A program made the position numbers and the translations under genes. DNA of 64,000 nt from contig OY969585.1 in assembly GCA_963701295.1 (NCBI GenBank), positions 256,001-320,000 on the forward strand, read 5' to 3'. The notes beneath the pieces are model-generated. The model was not told the DNA's origin. It did no database searches and worked only from the letters and a program-made list of their open reading frames with translations. This DNA is from Ignavibacteriota bacterium. GTDB taxonomy: Bacteria; Bacteroidota; Ignavibacteria; UBA10030. This document shows, piece by piece, positions 21,012 through 31,695 of the stretch. Each line of letters begins with the position of its first letter. The stretch's first letter is position 1.

Positions 21012-21833
21012 ATGAATGATAGAAACACTATGACACGTCTTCTTTCTTTTAGACTCGTTTTCATCACAATTTTATGTACCACTCCATTATTGTTTTCGCA
21101 GTCACCTTATAAGCTCTCATGGAATACGGATTCATACATTGTCGGAGTAGGCGCAATAACAGGATTTACTGCACTAGTGGTCGATCAATCGGTTCATTCA
21201 CCGACACCGTTGGAACTAAGCCAGCTTTCAAGGGAATCAGTTAATTGGCTCGACCGTAGTGCAACATATCGGTATTCACTATTAGCGTCTCATACAAGCG
21301 ATGTATTGTACACCATAGCTTTTGCCGCGCCGGCAGCGCTTTTGATGGATCAATCGATCAGAAAAGACTGGCAGACAATAACTCTGATGTATCTAGAAAC
21401 ATTTGGTTGGGTTGGTTCAGTTACGGAGTTGACCAAAGCATCTGTTCAGCGGCTCCGCCCATTCGTCTATAATCCAGACGTTTCATTTGACGATAAATCA
21501 TCCATCGATGCACGTAAATCATTTTTCTCCGGACACTCTTCAGTGGCATTTGCATCTGCAGTTTTCATTTCTACTATTTACAGCGATTACAATCCTCATT
21601 CGGAATGGAGACCATACATTTGGGCAGGATCTCTTCTTACTGCAAGCGTTGTTGGTTATTTGCGATATGAGGCAGGTATGCATTTCCCAACCGATATTCT
21701 TGCTGGCGCAGTGGTAGGAAGTGCGATTGGCTATGCAATTCCTTGGATGCATCGTGTGGAAAAAGAAAATGTATCCCTTACCCCCCGGGCATTCAATGCT
21801 GAGTACGGATTTTCAATCCATATGAGATTATAA
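21012..21833 (+). CDS. PAP2 family phosphatase
   Basis: K..VQRLRP, SFFSGH, R.EAGMHFPTD. Confidence 0.9.
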   Translation: MNDRNTMTRLLSFRLVFITILCTTPLLFSQSPYKLSWNTDSYIVGVGAITGFTALVVDQSVHSPTPLELSQLSRESVNWLDRSATYRYSLLASHTSDVLYTIAFAAPAALLMDQSIRKDWQTITLMYLETFGWVGSVTELTKASVQRLRPFVYNPDVSFDDKSSIDARKSFFSGHSSVAFASAVFISTIYSDYNPHSEWRPYIWAGSLLTASVVGYLRYEAGMHFPTDILAGAVVGSAIGYAIPWMHRVEKENVSLTPRAFNAEYGFSIHMRL

Positions 21834-21883
21834 AAAGTATAGAGTGAGCTCTCTTCACCCTTCTTCGATCATCCTTACATCTT

Positions 21884-23212
21884 TTACTCTTTGTTTTTCA
21901 ATGGCAAGAAAAAGATCGTCATAAGACCTGGGATTGCTATCAAGAAACTCATCAAGAAATAATTTTGATATCCCATCCAAGTTTGTAAATACCCGCTCAT
22001 GAGTTGCGGGATAAGAACTCCAGCCGCCATAAATGCAGTTGTTATCGCATAATGAGATGCCTTGAATTCAGGTCGGATAGTTCGCATGAGAAAAACTGTG
22101 TAGGCAGAAACACCGAGCCCGTACGAGAATTGTTCGTACGAATTGACTGCATAGACCCATAACAAGGAAGGACGGTATATCGCAAGGATCCAATAGAAAA
22201 TAATCGCAGTATTCTGGATAAGAGCAGTTGGCCACATCCATCGCCTCAGTCCTTGCTTGGCAATAAGCACACCGCCAAGAATTCCACCCGCCAACAAGGA
22301 GATCGTTCCAACGGTTCCATTCAAAACACCTATTTCCTTCGTCGTAATCGCCATTCCTCCTTTTTCGATTGGATCCATAAGAAATGGCGGAGTCATTTTC
22401 AACATTAATGCATCACCAATCCGAAAGATCAGTACATACGTTATAATCCATCCAATCCGTTTCTGTGTGAAATATGTTTTAAAGGCTTCAAAGAAATTAT
22501 GTTTTACTATCGGCTCATTTGATTGAATGGATCGTGTTTCAGGAGAGGGCAGATAGAAAGACTGAAACAGATACAGAAGGAGAAACAATCCTCCGCTCAC
22601 GGCAAATGCAACGGCCCACCCAAATGCGATGGCCGGAACCGATACATGCAATCCGGCACATAAAAGCTCAACGTTTCCATAAACGATTTTTCCGTCGTTA
22701 TATGGATGAACAACATACTGCTGAGCAAGATAACCAGCAAGAAAAACGAGGGCGCCATTGCCGAAGAGCATAGCAACACGATATGCAGTAGTTCGAACAC
22801 CAACGAACAATGCCTGGTCGTCTTTATTGAGTGCGTCGAGATAGAAACCATCAATCGCGATGTCATGGGTTGCAGAGACGAACGCTACAAGTGCGAAGAT
22901 GATGATTGAGACTGTAAGGATGTTCGGTTCAAACACGACCAGAGCAAGACCGATGAAGAGAGCAATGCAGAGAAGCTCCATTGATAAAACCCATCGTCTA
23001 CGTGTTGAGTAGAGATCGACGACCGGTCCCCAAAGCCCTTTCAGCACCCATGGGAGATACAGGATACTTGTAAGACCGATTACTTTGTTGCTTGCACCCA
23101 AATTTTTAAAGAACACGACCGACATGAGATTGACAATCGTGTACGGAATTCCTTCGGCAAAATAGATTGTCGGTACCCAGACCCAAGGATTTCTCTTCGT
23201 CTGTTTGTTCAT
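21884..23212 (-). CDS. ampG: AmpG-like muropeptide MFS permease
   Basis: YFAEGIP, LPWVLK.LW.P.VD, SATHDIAIDG motifs. Confidence 0.85.
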   Translation of the reverse strand: MNKQTKRNPWVWVPTIYFAEGIPYTIVNLMSVVFFKNLGASNKVIGLTSILYLPWVLKGLWGPVVDLYSTRRRWVLSMELLCIALFIGLALVVFEPNILTVSIIIFALVAFVSATHDIAIDGFYLDALNKDDQALFVGVRTTAYRVAMLFGNGALVFLAGYLAQQYVVHPYNDGKIVYGNVELLCAGLHVSVPAIAFGWAVAFAVSGGLFLLLYLFQSFYLPSPETRSIQSNEPIVKHNFFEAFKTYFTQKRIGWIITYVLIFRIGDALMLKMTPPFLMDPIEKGGMAITTKEIGVLNGTVGTISLLAGGILGGVLIAKQGLRRWMWPTALIQNTAIIFYWILAIYRPSLLWVYAVNSYEQFSYGLGVSAYTVFLMRTIRPEFKASHYAITTAFMAAGVLIPQLMSGYLQTWMGYQNYFLMSFLIAIPGLMTIFFLPLKNKE

Positions 23213-23245
23213 TTCGGATTGTATCTACACGTGTTCAAGATTTTC

Positions 23246-23671
23246 TCATTCTTTTGTGAGATACGGAATATATTTTTTATCGACAGTTATGATATGTTTG
23301 GTAAACCATGTAGATAAAAAAAGCAGAAGTCTTAACGTGGCTAAATCATCGGTCCCATCTGCAAGTGTATCAAGTTTTTGGAGTTCTTTTCGAAATTTTT
23401 CATGTTCGTATATATGCGCTGTTGCATCCGGATAATTGATTTTCAGAAACAAGTGCTCTTCCGCCTTAAAATGGGTGACAGCATATTCCTGTAATTTCTT
23501 CAAATCTGCAACAATCGTTTTTGAATTCCCTTCTTTTTCGATCACACTCTTTAAATTCTTATTGAGAAGAGAAAATATTTGTCGATGATGATCATCGAGC
23601 TCTCTCACTCCAACGCTGTATTCTTCCGTCCATCTGAGCGCCATAGCAGTCTCCTTATCTTTGAAACGCAT
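23246..23671 (-). CDS. bacteriohemerythrin
   Basis: W...YSVGV.ELDDHH, HFKAEE, HIYEH, HIITVD. Confidence 0.9.
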   Translation of the reverse strand: MRFKDKETAMALRWTEEYSVGVRELDDHHRQIFSLLNKNLKSVIEKEGNSKTIVADLKKLQEYAVTHFKAEEHLFLKINYPDATAHIYEHEKFRKELQKLDTLADGTDDLATLRLLLFLSTWFTKHIITVDKKYIPYLTKE

Positions 23672-25005
23672 TAATACAGTTTTCTCAGTTCACTCTTGCG
23701 GAAATAGTGTTTTATTATTTCTTCCGCCTTATATCCTTGTGCTGCCATGACCGCCGCGCCGATCTGACACAATCCGACACCATGCCCCCATCCGGCGCCA
23801 AATAATGTGAACTTCACCGGTAACCCTTTTGCATCCCGCTCAACCTTCACGATAAATGCGCTTGAGTAAAGATGCGATTGAGAAAACCAACTGCGGATTT
23901 CCAATTCTTTTCCAACAATTATCGTTCGCCTGCTTCCGACCACCTTCAATTTGTATATACGGCCGGATGGTCCACGTAAGAGCGGAACAATATCCATGAG
24001 TATTCCAAAATCAATTTCTGATTTTGTATAAAGAATATGTGCGAGCTGTTCTTGTGTATATTCAACCTTCCATCGGAAAAAATCTGTCGTCTCTTGATCG
24101 AATGATGGAAGAACTTGATTGAGAATCTTTCCATCCGAAGTATTACAATAAGAATCCGGTGAAGAGAGGATCCAGTGTTCTGCGTCTGCTTCGTTCAGTA
24201 ATTGTGGATAAGCTTGGGCAGAATCGGAAACGGATCGCAGATATGGGATCGGCGTTTCTTCCCAAGTGTGTTCGAACAATTCTGTCCTGCCGCCGCATGC
24301 TTTGGAAAAACGCGCATCGCATATTTCATTACTATACACGAGAAATTTACCCCGGGTTGCCGATACCGCTTCTTCAGCTGACTTTGTAATCATTTTGGTT
24401 ATTCCTTGATACCTCTGGCAATGATCATCTGCACACACATCGAAGTGTGTATGATCCTCGCGGTCGTACCATCGAAGTATTTCATCTTTTGTACTGTGGG
24501 ATCGCTGAGATGGCATATGGATATTCTTAAACTTCTTTTGCTGTTCCAACATCGCCACTAACCAACTCCTTGATGTAATAGCATGCGCCTTGAGTAACTC
24601 ACCAGGCGCTTCTGCACTCATTTCTGAAGAAATGACACTCTGGAGATATTGCTCAACACCAATCTCATTAATTGCTGAAATCGTTTCGTGAGCATCGGCA
24701 AGAAAGTGCAGATTGCCTTTGAATGTTTGATCCTCTTTTCGCTCCCAGTGAAAGTTAATACCGATGGCAACATTGCACAGCGTGCACGTCGCTCCGTTCA
24801 ACGCGCGACAACGAAATTCCACGGCACGAATCACTTCCACCCCTTCGCTATCTTTCAATACGAGTGTGCTGTTTTCACTATGCACTGAGAATTGACCTTG
24901 GAGACGCACAAAATTTGGCAGTTCATAAGAACCATGGAACACACCGCGAATTTCTTGTGTGTGCTCAATAATTCCCACAGTGATGGTGGGTTCTGCTGAG
25001 ATCAC
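23671..25005 (-). CDS. SpoIID/LytB domain lytic transglycosylase
   Basis: YLQSVISSEM, LKAHAI, DVCADDHCQRYQG, GWGHGVGLCQIGA. Confidence 0.9.
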   Translation of the reverse strand: MISAEPTITVGIIEHTQEIRGVFHGSYELPNFVRLQGQFSVHSENSTLVLKDSEGVEVIRAVEFRCRALNGATCTLCNVAIGINFHWERKEDQTFKGNLHFLADAHETISAINEIGVEQYLQSVISSEMSAEAPGELLKAHAITSRSWLVAMLEQQKKFKNIHMPSQRSHSTKDEILRWYDREDHTHFDVCADDHCQRYQGITKMITKSAEEAVSATRGKFLVYSNEICDARFSKACGGRTELFEHTWEETPIPYLRSVSDSAQAYPQLLNEADAEHWILSSPDSYCNTSDGKILNQVLPSFDQETTDFFRWKVEYTQEQLAHILYTKSEIDFGILMDIVPLLRGPSGRIYKLKVVGSRRTIIVGKELEIRSWFSQSHLYSSAFIVKVERDAKGLPVKFTLFGAGWGHGVGLCQIGAAVMAAQGYKAEEIIKHYFRKSELRKLY

Positions 25006-26009
25006 TGCAACTTCTCTAATAATTTTTCTATAATTTCCGGCGACTCGGTTACTTCAGCAAATATACTTTCGATAAGCTTTGCATCTGCACACAAGAAATC
25101 TTTCTCCAACGGTGTTACCACAAGACCGCCAATATCGACAGCAGCAGGACTGATGAGAACACGATCATCACCTTCGAAAAAATATATATCAGGCCGGTGC
25201 TTGCGCCTTGGTAAGATGATCAGTCTCCATAATTCCTCTTGATAGGAACACAGAACATTCATCTTCGGTTCTTCCGAAGTTCTGAGTACCTTTTTCCAGG
25301 CTTCCAATATATTTTTCAGGAACTCAAGTAACCGAAGTTCATCTGTGGATTCGACAATAAACGCCGTACGCCCGTAATTCATCAAGACACAACCTGCAAC
25401 ATGGTCTTTATAATACAACCGTTTTCGTCGCCGCATATCCACGGCATCGCATTCGATAGGAAGAGCATGCCACGGACTCACTTGAAAATGTAAATGATCC
25501 GGCGCTGATGCGCCACTCTTCGGTCCGTTGTAAAACACTGTAAAATCCGGACTAAGGTCCCTCGCCAGATTAAGTAAGACACTCAAAGAAGATTCCAATT
25601 CTTGCGGAACGTGGTAAATACTAGAAAAAGTTAAGTGACGAGCAAAGATTGGCACCGGATTACAGAGTAACAGGAATTCATCGCGATACAGGATTCCCTT
25701 CTGCAGTTCGGGAAGATGCTCAAGACAGAGAAAACACTTGCGCTCTTGAATTGTTTTAGTATCGAGATCTGCTCCTGTGCTGCGGATACGTTTTGGGTTG
25801 AATTGCACGGAGACATAATAGTTGCTGCAGACAATTTCACGAATCCGAACCGACTCCAACGCCGCATATCCTTCTGTCAACTGCGGCCAGTGAAGTTTTT
25901 GCTGTTCCATAAGGCTATGACAGAGTTGTACGAGAGTACCATGAGTACTCACCGTGTTAAAAACGGAGAAAGTTTTTTGCGCAAGAAGAGAATTGCTCGA
26001 AGAATTCAC
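25002..26009 (-). CDS. DUF4922 family, HIT-like nucleotide phosphorylase fold
   Basis: QFNPKRIRS, CFLC, LCNP.PI, YNGPKSGASAPDHLHFQ. Confidence 0.85.
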   Translation of the reverse strand: MNSSSNSLLAQKTFSVFNTVSTHGTLVQLCHSLMEQQKLHWPQLTEGYAALESVRIREIVCSNYYVSVQFNPKRIRSTGADLDTKTIQERKCFLCLEHLPELQKGILYRDEFLLLCNPVPIFARHLTFSSIYHVPQELESSLSVLLNLARDLSPDFTVFYNGPKSGASAPDHLHFQVSPWHALPIECDAVDMRRRKRLYYKDHVAGCVLMNYGRTAFIVESTDELRLLEFLKNILEAWKKVLRTSEEPKMNVLCSYQEELWRLIILPRRKHRPDIYFFEGDDRVLISPAAVDIGGLVVTPLEKDFLCADAKLIESIFAEVTESPEIIEKLLEKLQ

Positions 26010-26026
26010 GGTTTGCCGCTTATCGT

Positions 26027-26557
26027 TTAGTATTTCTTTTCACTCAGTTGAAAAATATCAGCGACCGGAATGAACCCAATATAGTGTTCTACCGTTGTCT
26101 TCCCCAGCGTAAACGGTGTTTTCTCAATAATCTGATATCCCATATTCTGATACCATAACAATGCCGCTGTATTATCCACCATCACCCCAAGCCAGACACG
26201 ATCAAGGTCGTATGTCATCGCATGATCAGCTGCGAATGCCATCAGCTGCTTTCCAAGTCCCAATCCTTGATACGGAGGTAAAATGTACAGTTGCTGAACA
26301 TAGAGCCGCTTTTCTTCTTGATTGTAAAATGTCTTTTCATATCCAGCTATCACACTGTCAACTTCAGCAACGAATCCGACAACATTCTGATCGTTAAAGA
26401 ACGATCGTACTATATCTCCGTTATAATGTTCTTTTAAATATTCAAGGATGTCTTCACGAGAGATGAACTTGGTATACGTATCCAGCCACGTATCGTGCAG
26501 CAATCGACATATGCTTTCGACATCATTCAATTCCCAACGACGATACCTGATTCTCAC
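26027..26557 (-). CDS. GNAT N-acetyltransferase
   Basis: LYILPPYQGLGLGKQL, N..A..WY...GY. Confidence 0.9.
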   Translation of the reverse strand: MRIRYRRWELNDVESICRLLHDTWLDTYTKFISREDILEYLKEHYNGDIVRSFFNDQNVVGFVAEVDSVIAGYEKTFYNQEEKRLYVQQLYILPPYQGLGLGKQLMAFAADHAMTYDLDRVWLGVMVDNTAALLWYQNMGYQIIEKTPFTLGKTTVEHYIGFIPVADIFQLSEKKY

Positions 26558-28029
26558 TTTTTCTTCCCAATATTATGACAGCGGGCAAGAATTTCCAAGG
26601 TTCGAATCTTGTCCTTGTACTGGTCATGCTGATTCACTTTTTCTATTGGCAATGCTGTATCAGAATTGCCCCCCCAACGCCGGCAGAGATAGAGCGGCTC
26701 GTAAATCCTTCCAATTTGGTATTGACGTGATAACCGAAGCGCGATAGCATAATCTTCGCCATAACTTACATTAGGCAGTCCACCTGCTTCTCGTAGTAAC
26801 ACAGTGTTGAATGCACGCGGAGCACCGAGTCCATTGATGCGGAGCGCATTGTTTCTGCCATTTGCCGGAGTCCACTCTCGGTGATCGATGATGCCGGGAG
26901 GAAGCTCTTCCAATTTCATATTCGCTAATTTGTACGAACCTATTACCATCGCATAATTATGGCGGTGAAATACATCTACGATCTTTTGAAGTGTCTGCGG
27001 CGCACTGTATACATCATCGGAATCAAGTTGAACTGCGTATCGACCACAATATTCGGAGAAGATTGCTTCATTCCAGCATCCGCCAATACCAAGATCGGTG
27101 CGCTGCGGAATAAGAAGCTTCACTTGCTGATGCCCTTTGGCAAGTTCCTGCAGCAGGTATGTTGTTCCATCTGTTGAGTAGTTATCAACAACGATACAGT
27201 TGAAGGGAAAGTCGGTTTTCTGTTCCAACACGCTCTTCACTGCATCGCCGACCACGTTCAAACGATTACGGACAGGAATAATGACACTCGCTTCCACCGG
27301 AAACGGGAAATCAATCTTCGGCACTTTCTCATATCTCGGTTCGAGATATGCACCGATATATTTGAGATATTTCGTTGCTACTTTTTCCATTTCTTTTTGC
27401 ACCTGCCGATTGCGTGGATCAACGTAATCAAATTGCTTCTCATCGTTCGTACAAGGACCAGAACTGACTTTCGTACAAAGGAACTCTTGAATATGAAAGA
27501 GTCGCTGATCGATGGCAACTTTTAAACGAAGATCATACAGTCCGGCATAGTTCACACTCTCGATTCTTCCGTATTTTTTAAGTGCTTTCTTCACAGCGAC
27601 TGTTGAAAAGAGAAGAAGCGGCCCGAAATCAAATCCGTCACGAATACTGCCGAGTTGGTACTCGTTCACCGGATGTTCATCACGTTCATCTTTTCTAATT
27701 TCATAGTAATCGGCGTACACCATTCCTGCGCGCGTTTGTTCCGCAACACTGAGCATTCGTTCCAGTGCATTCTGCCCGAGTTCAATTCTTTGCGCTTGAA
27801 CAATCATCAAGAAATACTTTGTCTTGATTTTTTCGATCAAACGGTTGAGTGTTTTTCCGGACGTGAATGAACTGGACTTCATGGTTTCACATTTCAGATG
27901 CGAACTGATATATTCTTTGTCATGAACGATATACACTTGTTCGACCAGTGATGAATTGATAAAGTGGGTGAGAGTCGATTCAAACTGTGAAATCGGCGAA
28001 TACGGTAAGATCACTGTCAATGTATTCAT
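26554..28029 (-). CDS. glycosyltransferase family 2 (two GT-A-like halves)
   Basis: SVIIPVRNR, VVDNYSTDGT, QLDSDD, YGEDY. Confidence 0.9.
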   Translation of the reverse strand: MNTLTVILPYSPISQFESTLTHFINSSLVEQVYIVHDKEYISSHLKCETMKSSSFTSGKTLNRLIEKIKTKYFLMIVQAQRIELGQNALERMLSVAEQTRAGMVYADYYEIRKDERDEHPVNEYQLGSIRDGFDFGPLLLFSTVAVKKALKKYGRIESVNYAGLYDLRLKVAIDQRLFHIQEFLCTKVSSGPCTNDEKQFDYVDPRNRQVQKEMEKVATKYLKYIGAYLEPRYEKVPKIDFPFPVEASVIIPVRNRLNVVGDAVKSVLEQKTDFPFNCIVVDNYSTDGTTYLLQELAKGHQQVKLLIPQRTDLGIGGCWNEAIFSEYCGRYAVQLDSDDVYSAPQTLQKIVDVFHRHNYAMVIGSYKLANMKLEELPPGIIDHREWTPANGRNNALRINGLGAPRAFNTVLLREAGGLPNVSYGEDYAIALRLSRQYQIGRIYEPLYLCRRWGGNSDTALPIEKVNQHDQYKDKIRTLEILARCHNIGKKK

Positions 28030-28069
28030 TATTTTCGATTGGGGAAAAAACCGACTCTGTTGTATTAGT

Positions 28070-29017
28070 TCAAGATTTCAATACATCAATTGCCATAACA
28101 GCAGCACCGACCACAGGCGATGATTCAGCTTGACGAACGGAAACCGGCAGCATATTTTTCCTGATGACCGAAATAACTTTCCGCGAGTAATAATGTTCGT
28201 TCGCCAATAAACCGCCAATTAGTGCCAGAGGCCGCTTTGATGGATTATTGATGTTCTTATTCATTTTCTTCAACGTGATTTCAATGATCTTGACCAATTC
28301 CAAAGCAGCGTTATCAAGGATTCTCTTTGCAGCCTTGTCCCCTTTTGTCGCGGCATCAATCACTGTTGGCATCACGGAGGCGATATCAAAGTTTTCTTTA
28401 TAGAGAGAGCCAATAATCGCTTCCTGAGTATTCAACCTGAACTTTTCTTCAAAAAGCTTTGTCAGTTTTGTCTTCGTACTCTTATCATCGAGCGATCTTG
28501 CCACAGCGCGGAACGCTTGCTGGCCCATTGCATAGCCGCTGCCCTCATCACCGATCAATCTTCCCCATCCACCCGCACGGTATATTTTTCCACGCTCATC
28601 TTTTCCAAAGACAATCGATCCTGTTCCAGCGATGACGATTATTCCGGGCTTTCCACCGAAAGCGCCTTCCAACGCAATGCGTGCATCGCTTTCAACAACA
28701 AGATTATTGATCGTGAGATTTCGCATTTGTGCTAAGTCCATGATTCCATCGTGCATATTTTGCTGATCGTTGGATCGACCGGCTCCTGCTAAACCCGCCA
28801 CGACCGCACCGATTTGTGAAACGTTGCATCCAACTGAGTGACAGCAAGCTTCAACGAGATCAAGAATGGTATGCGAGGTTCGTTCAATACCGATGATTTG
28901 GAAGTTTGAGGGAGCGCCTTGCGCTTCTGCAAGGATTACACCATCAAGCGCGCATAGCACGGAAGTGGTTTTTGTTCCACCACCGTCAATACCGATGATA
29001 TACAGAGGTTTATCCAT
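28070..29017 (-). CDS. BadF/BadG-type N-acetylhexosamine (GlcNAc/MurNAc) kinase
   Basis: GIDGGGTKT, IAGTGS, GGWGRLIGDEGSG; ORF is open to 29092, ATG at 29017 preferred. Confidence 0.88.
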   Translation of the reverse strand: MDKPLYIIGIDGGGTKTTSVLCALDGVILAEAQGAPSNFQIIGIERTSHTILDLVEACCHSVGCNVSQIGAVVAGLAGAGRSNDQQNMHDGIMDLAQMRNLTINNLVVESDARIALEGAFGGKPGIIVIAGTGSIVFGKDERGKIYRAGGWGRLIGDEGSGYAMGQQAFRAVARSLDDKSTKTKLTKLFEEKFRLNTQEAIIGSLYKENFDIASVMPTVIDAATKGDKAAKRILDNAALELVKIIEITLKKMNKNINNPSKRPLALIGGLLANEHYYSRKVISVIRKNMLPVSVRQAESSPVVGAAVMAIDVLKS

Positions 29018-29231
29018 AGATGAGAAAAATATTGACGATAATTCAATGAAAAGCAAACGATAAAAGACAATAGACGAACGAAATGTTAACATTAATCAAT
29101 TTTTCAGCAATGAAATATCAATTCAACCGAATTTTCCCTATTTTCCAACAAGAAAAAAGGGATGAAACCTTTTGGGTTTATGGTCGGTTATTGATTTGGA
29201 TTATAAATCAATACCTTAAGAAAGGATTATC

Positions 29232-29720
29232 ATGAAGCGCATGTTGAGCATTTCAGTTGTATTAGCCGTATTCCTGTTTACCGCTTGCGGTGCACAATCG
29301 GAAAAAAGGCAAAAGGCTCCAAACTTTTCGCTCCAAACTCAGAACGGAAAAGTAGTTGAACTCTCCAAACTGAAAGGAAAAGTTGTTCTTGTGAATTTTT
29401 GGGCAACGTGGTGTCCACCTTGCCGTGCAGAAATACCCGATTTTATCAAAGTTTACAGCACATACAAATCCAAAGGATTTGAAATCGTCGGTATTGCACT
29501 GGATGAAGAGGGTTGGTCAAAAGTAATCCCTTTCATTGAAAAAGCGAAAATGAATTATCCGATAGTGCTCGGGACAGCGGAGGTGGTTCAACTGTACGGC
29601 GGAATCGAAGCCATTCCTACAACTTTCATCGTAGATAAAAACGGATATATCGCAGGCAGACAGGTTGGCTTACTGTCAAAAGAATTGCTCGAACAAAAAT
29701 TGAAATCATTATTAAAGTAA
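29232..29720 (+). CDS. TlpA family thiol-disulfide reductase lipoprotein
   Basis: FTAC lipobox, NFWATWCPPC, IPT. Confidence 0.93.
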   Translation: MKRMLSISVVLAVFLFTACGAQSEKRQKAPNFSLQTQNGKVVELSKLKGKVVLVNFWATWCPPCRAEIPDFIKVYSTYKSKGFEIVGIALDEEGWSKVIPFIEKAKMNYPIVLGTAEVVQLYGGIEAIPTTFIVDKNGYIAGRQVGLLSKELLEQKLKSLLK

Positions 29721-29795
29721 TATGATCTCAACGATATAGGACATTTTTAGAGACAACAATCTCACATTGAACTTCTCGAAAGACAATATGTAATA

Positions 29796-31577
29796 ATGAG
29801 AATATTCCTTTCCATTCTTCTCATTGCGACTTTGCTGCCATCAGCCCTCCCTGCTCAATCGCTGTCCACAGCAAAAAAAGTAAACGCGGAGATCAAACTC
29901 TCGTCGGATAAAATTCGAGTTGGCAGCACTGCTCAAGCGGCTGTTCAACTGAGCATCAATGAGAATTGGCATGTCAACTCACATCACCCGACGTTCGACT
30001 ATTTAATCGGCACCACATTCGATCTTCAAGCACGAGAAGGAATCATTCTTACCGATGTGCAGTATCCGCAGGGAAAACTCGTCTCACTCTCCTTCGCTGA
30101 ACAACCGGTCGATGTATATGAAGGAACGATGACGATCTTTGCTTCCATCAAATTTTCAGACAAACTTGCAACGGGAAGAGATATATTGAAAGCAAGCATC
30201 AGAGTTCAAGCATGTAACAATCAACTCTGTCTTGCTCCATCAACGATCGAAGTGAACATACCTGTGCAAATCGTGAGCGTGGGAGAACCAATCATCCGGC
30301 AGTATCAAGATATCTTCGCTCAGTATAAGCCATCCGAATTCAACGCAGGCAGTGTCAAGAATGAACTTGCGATTATGTTTGATCAAAGAGGATCGCTTCT
30401 TACTTTTCTAGCAATTTTCCTCATCGGTCTTGCTCTCAATCTTACACCGTGTGTCTATCCAATGTTATCTGTGACGGTATCCTTATTTGGTTCACAGGCA
30501 GAAACAAATATTGTGCGAGTCTTTATCAAAGCCGTTATCTATGTGCTCGGCATCGCGACCATGTATAGTGTACTTGGAGTAACAGCCGCGCTCGGCGGCG
30601 GATTATTTGGAAGCTGGCTGCAAAGTCCATGGGTACTTGGCACTATCGCTACGCTATTATTTGCATTAGCCCTCAGTTCGTTCGGTTTATATCAGATTCA
30701 GATGCCGTATTGGCTCACAAGTAAACTTGGCGGCACAAGCGGCACTGGTTTTATCGCTATTTATCTTTCCGGTTTGGTTGTTGGTGTGTTTGCGGCACCC
30801 TGTGTCGGTCCGCCGGTCATTGCACTGCTGACACTCGTTGCGGCAAAAGGAAGCGCTGCATTCGGATTTTGGTCATTCTTCACTCTCTCAATCGGACTTG
30901 GTCTGCCCTATTTCATTCTTGGTACATTCTCGGGACTTATAAAAAAAATTCCACAATCCGGTTCTTGGCTCGTGTGGGTGGAACATATATTCGGTGTCAT
31001 ACTCACAGGAACGGCGTTGTTTTATCTCTCGCTTGCAGTTGCACCAAAGGAAACCATCTATGTTATTCCTTTGGTTCTCGTCGTAGGCGGAATCTACCTC
31101 GGATTTGTTGACAGCTCCGGTAAAGATAAACAGGTGCTAAAAAATATTCAATGGGTTTTCGGAATCATTATTATTCTGCTCGGACTTTTATATGCCAATA
31201 GTATAAGAGACGCAGGAATGACATGGGAAGAATATTCCGACTTAGATTTATCGGAGGCAAAGGAAAACGGGATGCCGGTGCTCCTGGATTTCTACGCCGA
31301 CTGGTGTATCCCATGCTTGGAGCTTGACCGTAACACCTGGACTGATCCAAAAGTGATCGAAGCGACAAAAGACATCAGCCGATTAAAAGTTGACCTGACA
31401 TATTTTGATTCACCGGAATCGGAGACGTTACGAAAAAAGTTCAACATCTCCGGTGTTCCAACAGTGATATTCATCCGAACGGATGGCACTGAAGCAACAG
31501 AATCAAGGATTATTGGTTTTGTGCCCCCAAAGGAATTTTTAGAAAAATTGGCACAAGCAATGCCCACCCATGAGTAG
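29796..31577 (+). CDS. dsbD: protein-disulfide reductase DsbD
   Basis: N-domain QACNNQLC, TM domain LTPCVYP and APCVGP, C-domain WCIPC. Confidence 0.93.
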   Translation: MRIFLSILLIATLLPSALPAQSLSTAKKVNAEIKLSSDKIRVGSTAQAAVQLSINENWHVNSHHPTFDYLIGTTFDLQAREGIILTDVQYPQGKLVSLSFAEQPVDVYEGTMTIFASIKFSDKLATGRDILKASIRVQACNNQLCLAPSTIEVNIPVQIVSVGEPIIRQYQDIFAQYKPSEFNAGSVKNELAIMFDQRGSLLTFLAIFLIGLALNLTPCVYPMLSVTVSLFGSQAETNIVRVFIKAVIYVLGIATMYSVLGVTAALGGGLFGSWLQSPWVLGTIATLLFALALSSFGLYQIQMPYWLTSKLGGTSGTGFIAIYLSGLVVGVFAAPCVGPPVIALLTLVAAKGSAAFGFWSFFTLSIGLGLPYFILGTFSGLIKKIPQSGSWLVWVEHIFGVILTGTALFYLSLAVAPKETIYVIPLVLVVGGIYLGFVDSSGKDKQVLKNIQWVFGIIIILLGLLYANSIRDAGMTWEEYSDLDLSEAKENGMPVLLDFYADWCIPCLELDRNTWTDPKVIEATKDISRLKVDLTYFDSPESETLRKKFNISGVPTVIFIRTDGTEATESRIIGFVPPKEFLEKLAQAMPTHE

Positions 31578-31695
31578 GCATTGACTGTAGCAGTAAAGAG
31601 TATAAACAGCAACAAAAGAAGATTTTTTTACAGTTACGATCTTCACCGGATTCCTTTTTGCTTCCACAGGCTCCTTTCTGTATATTAACCTCATC

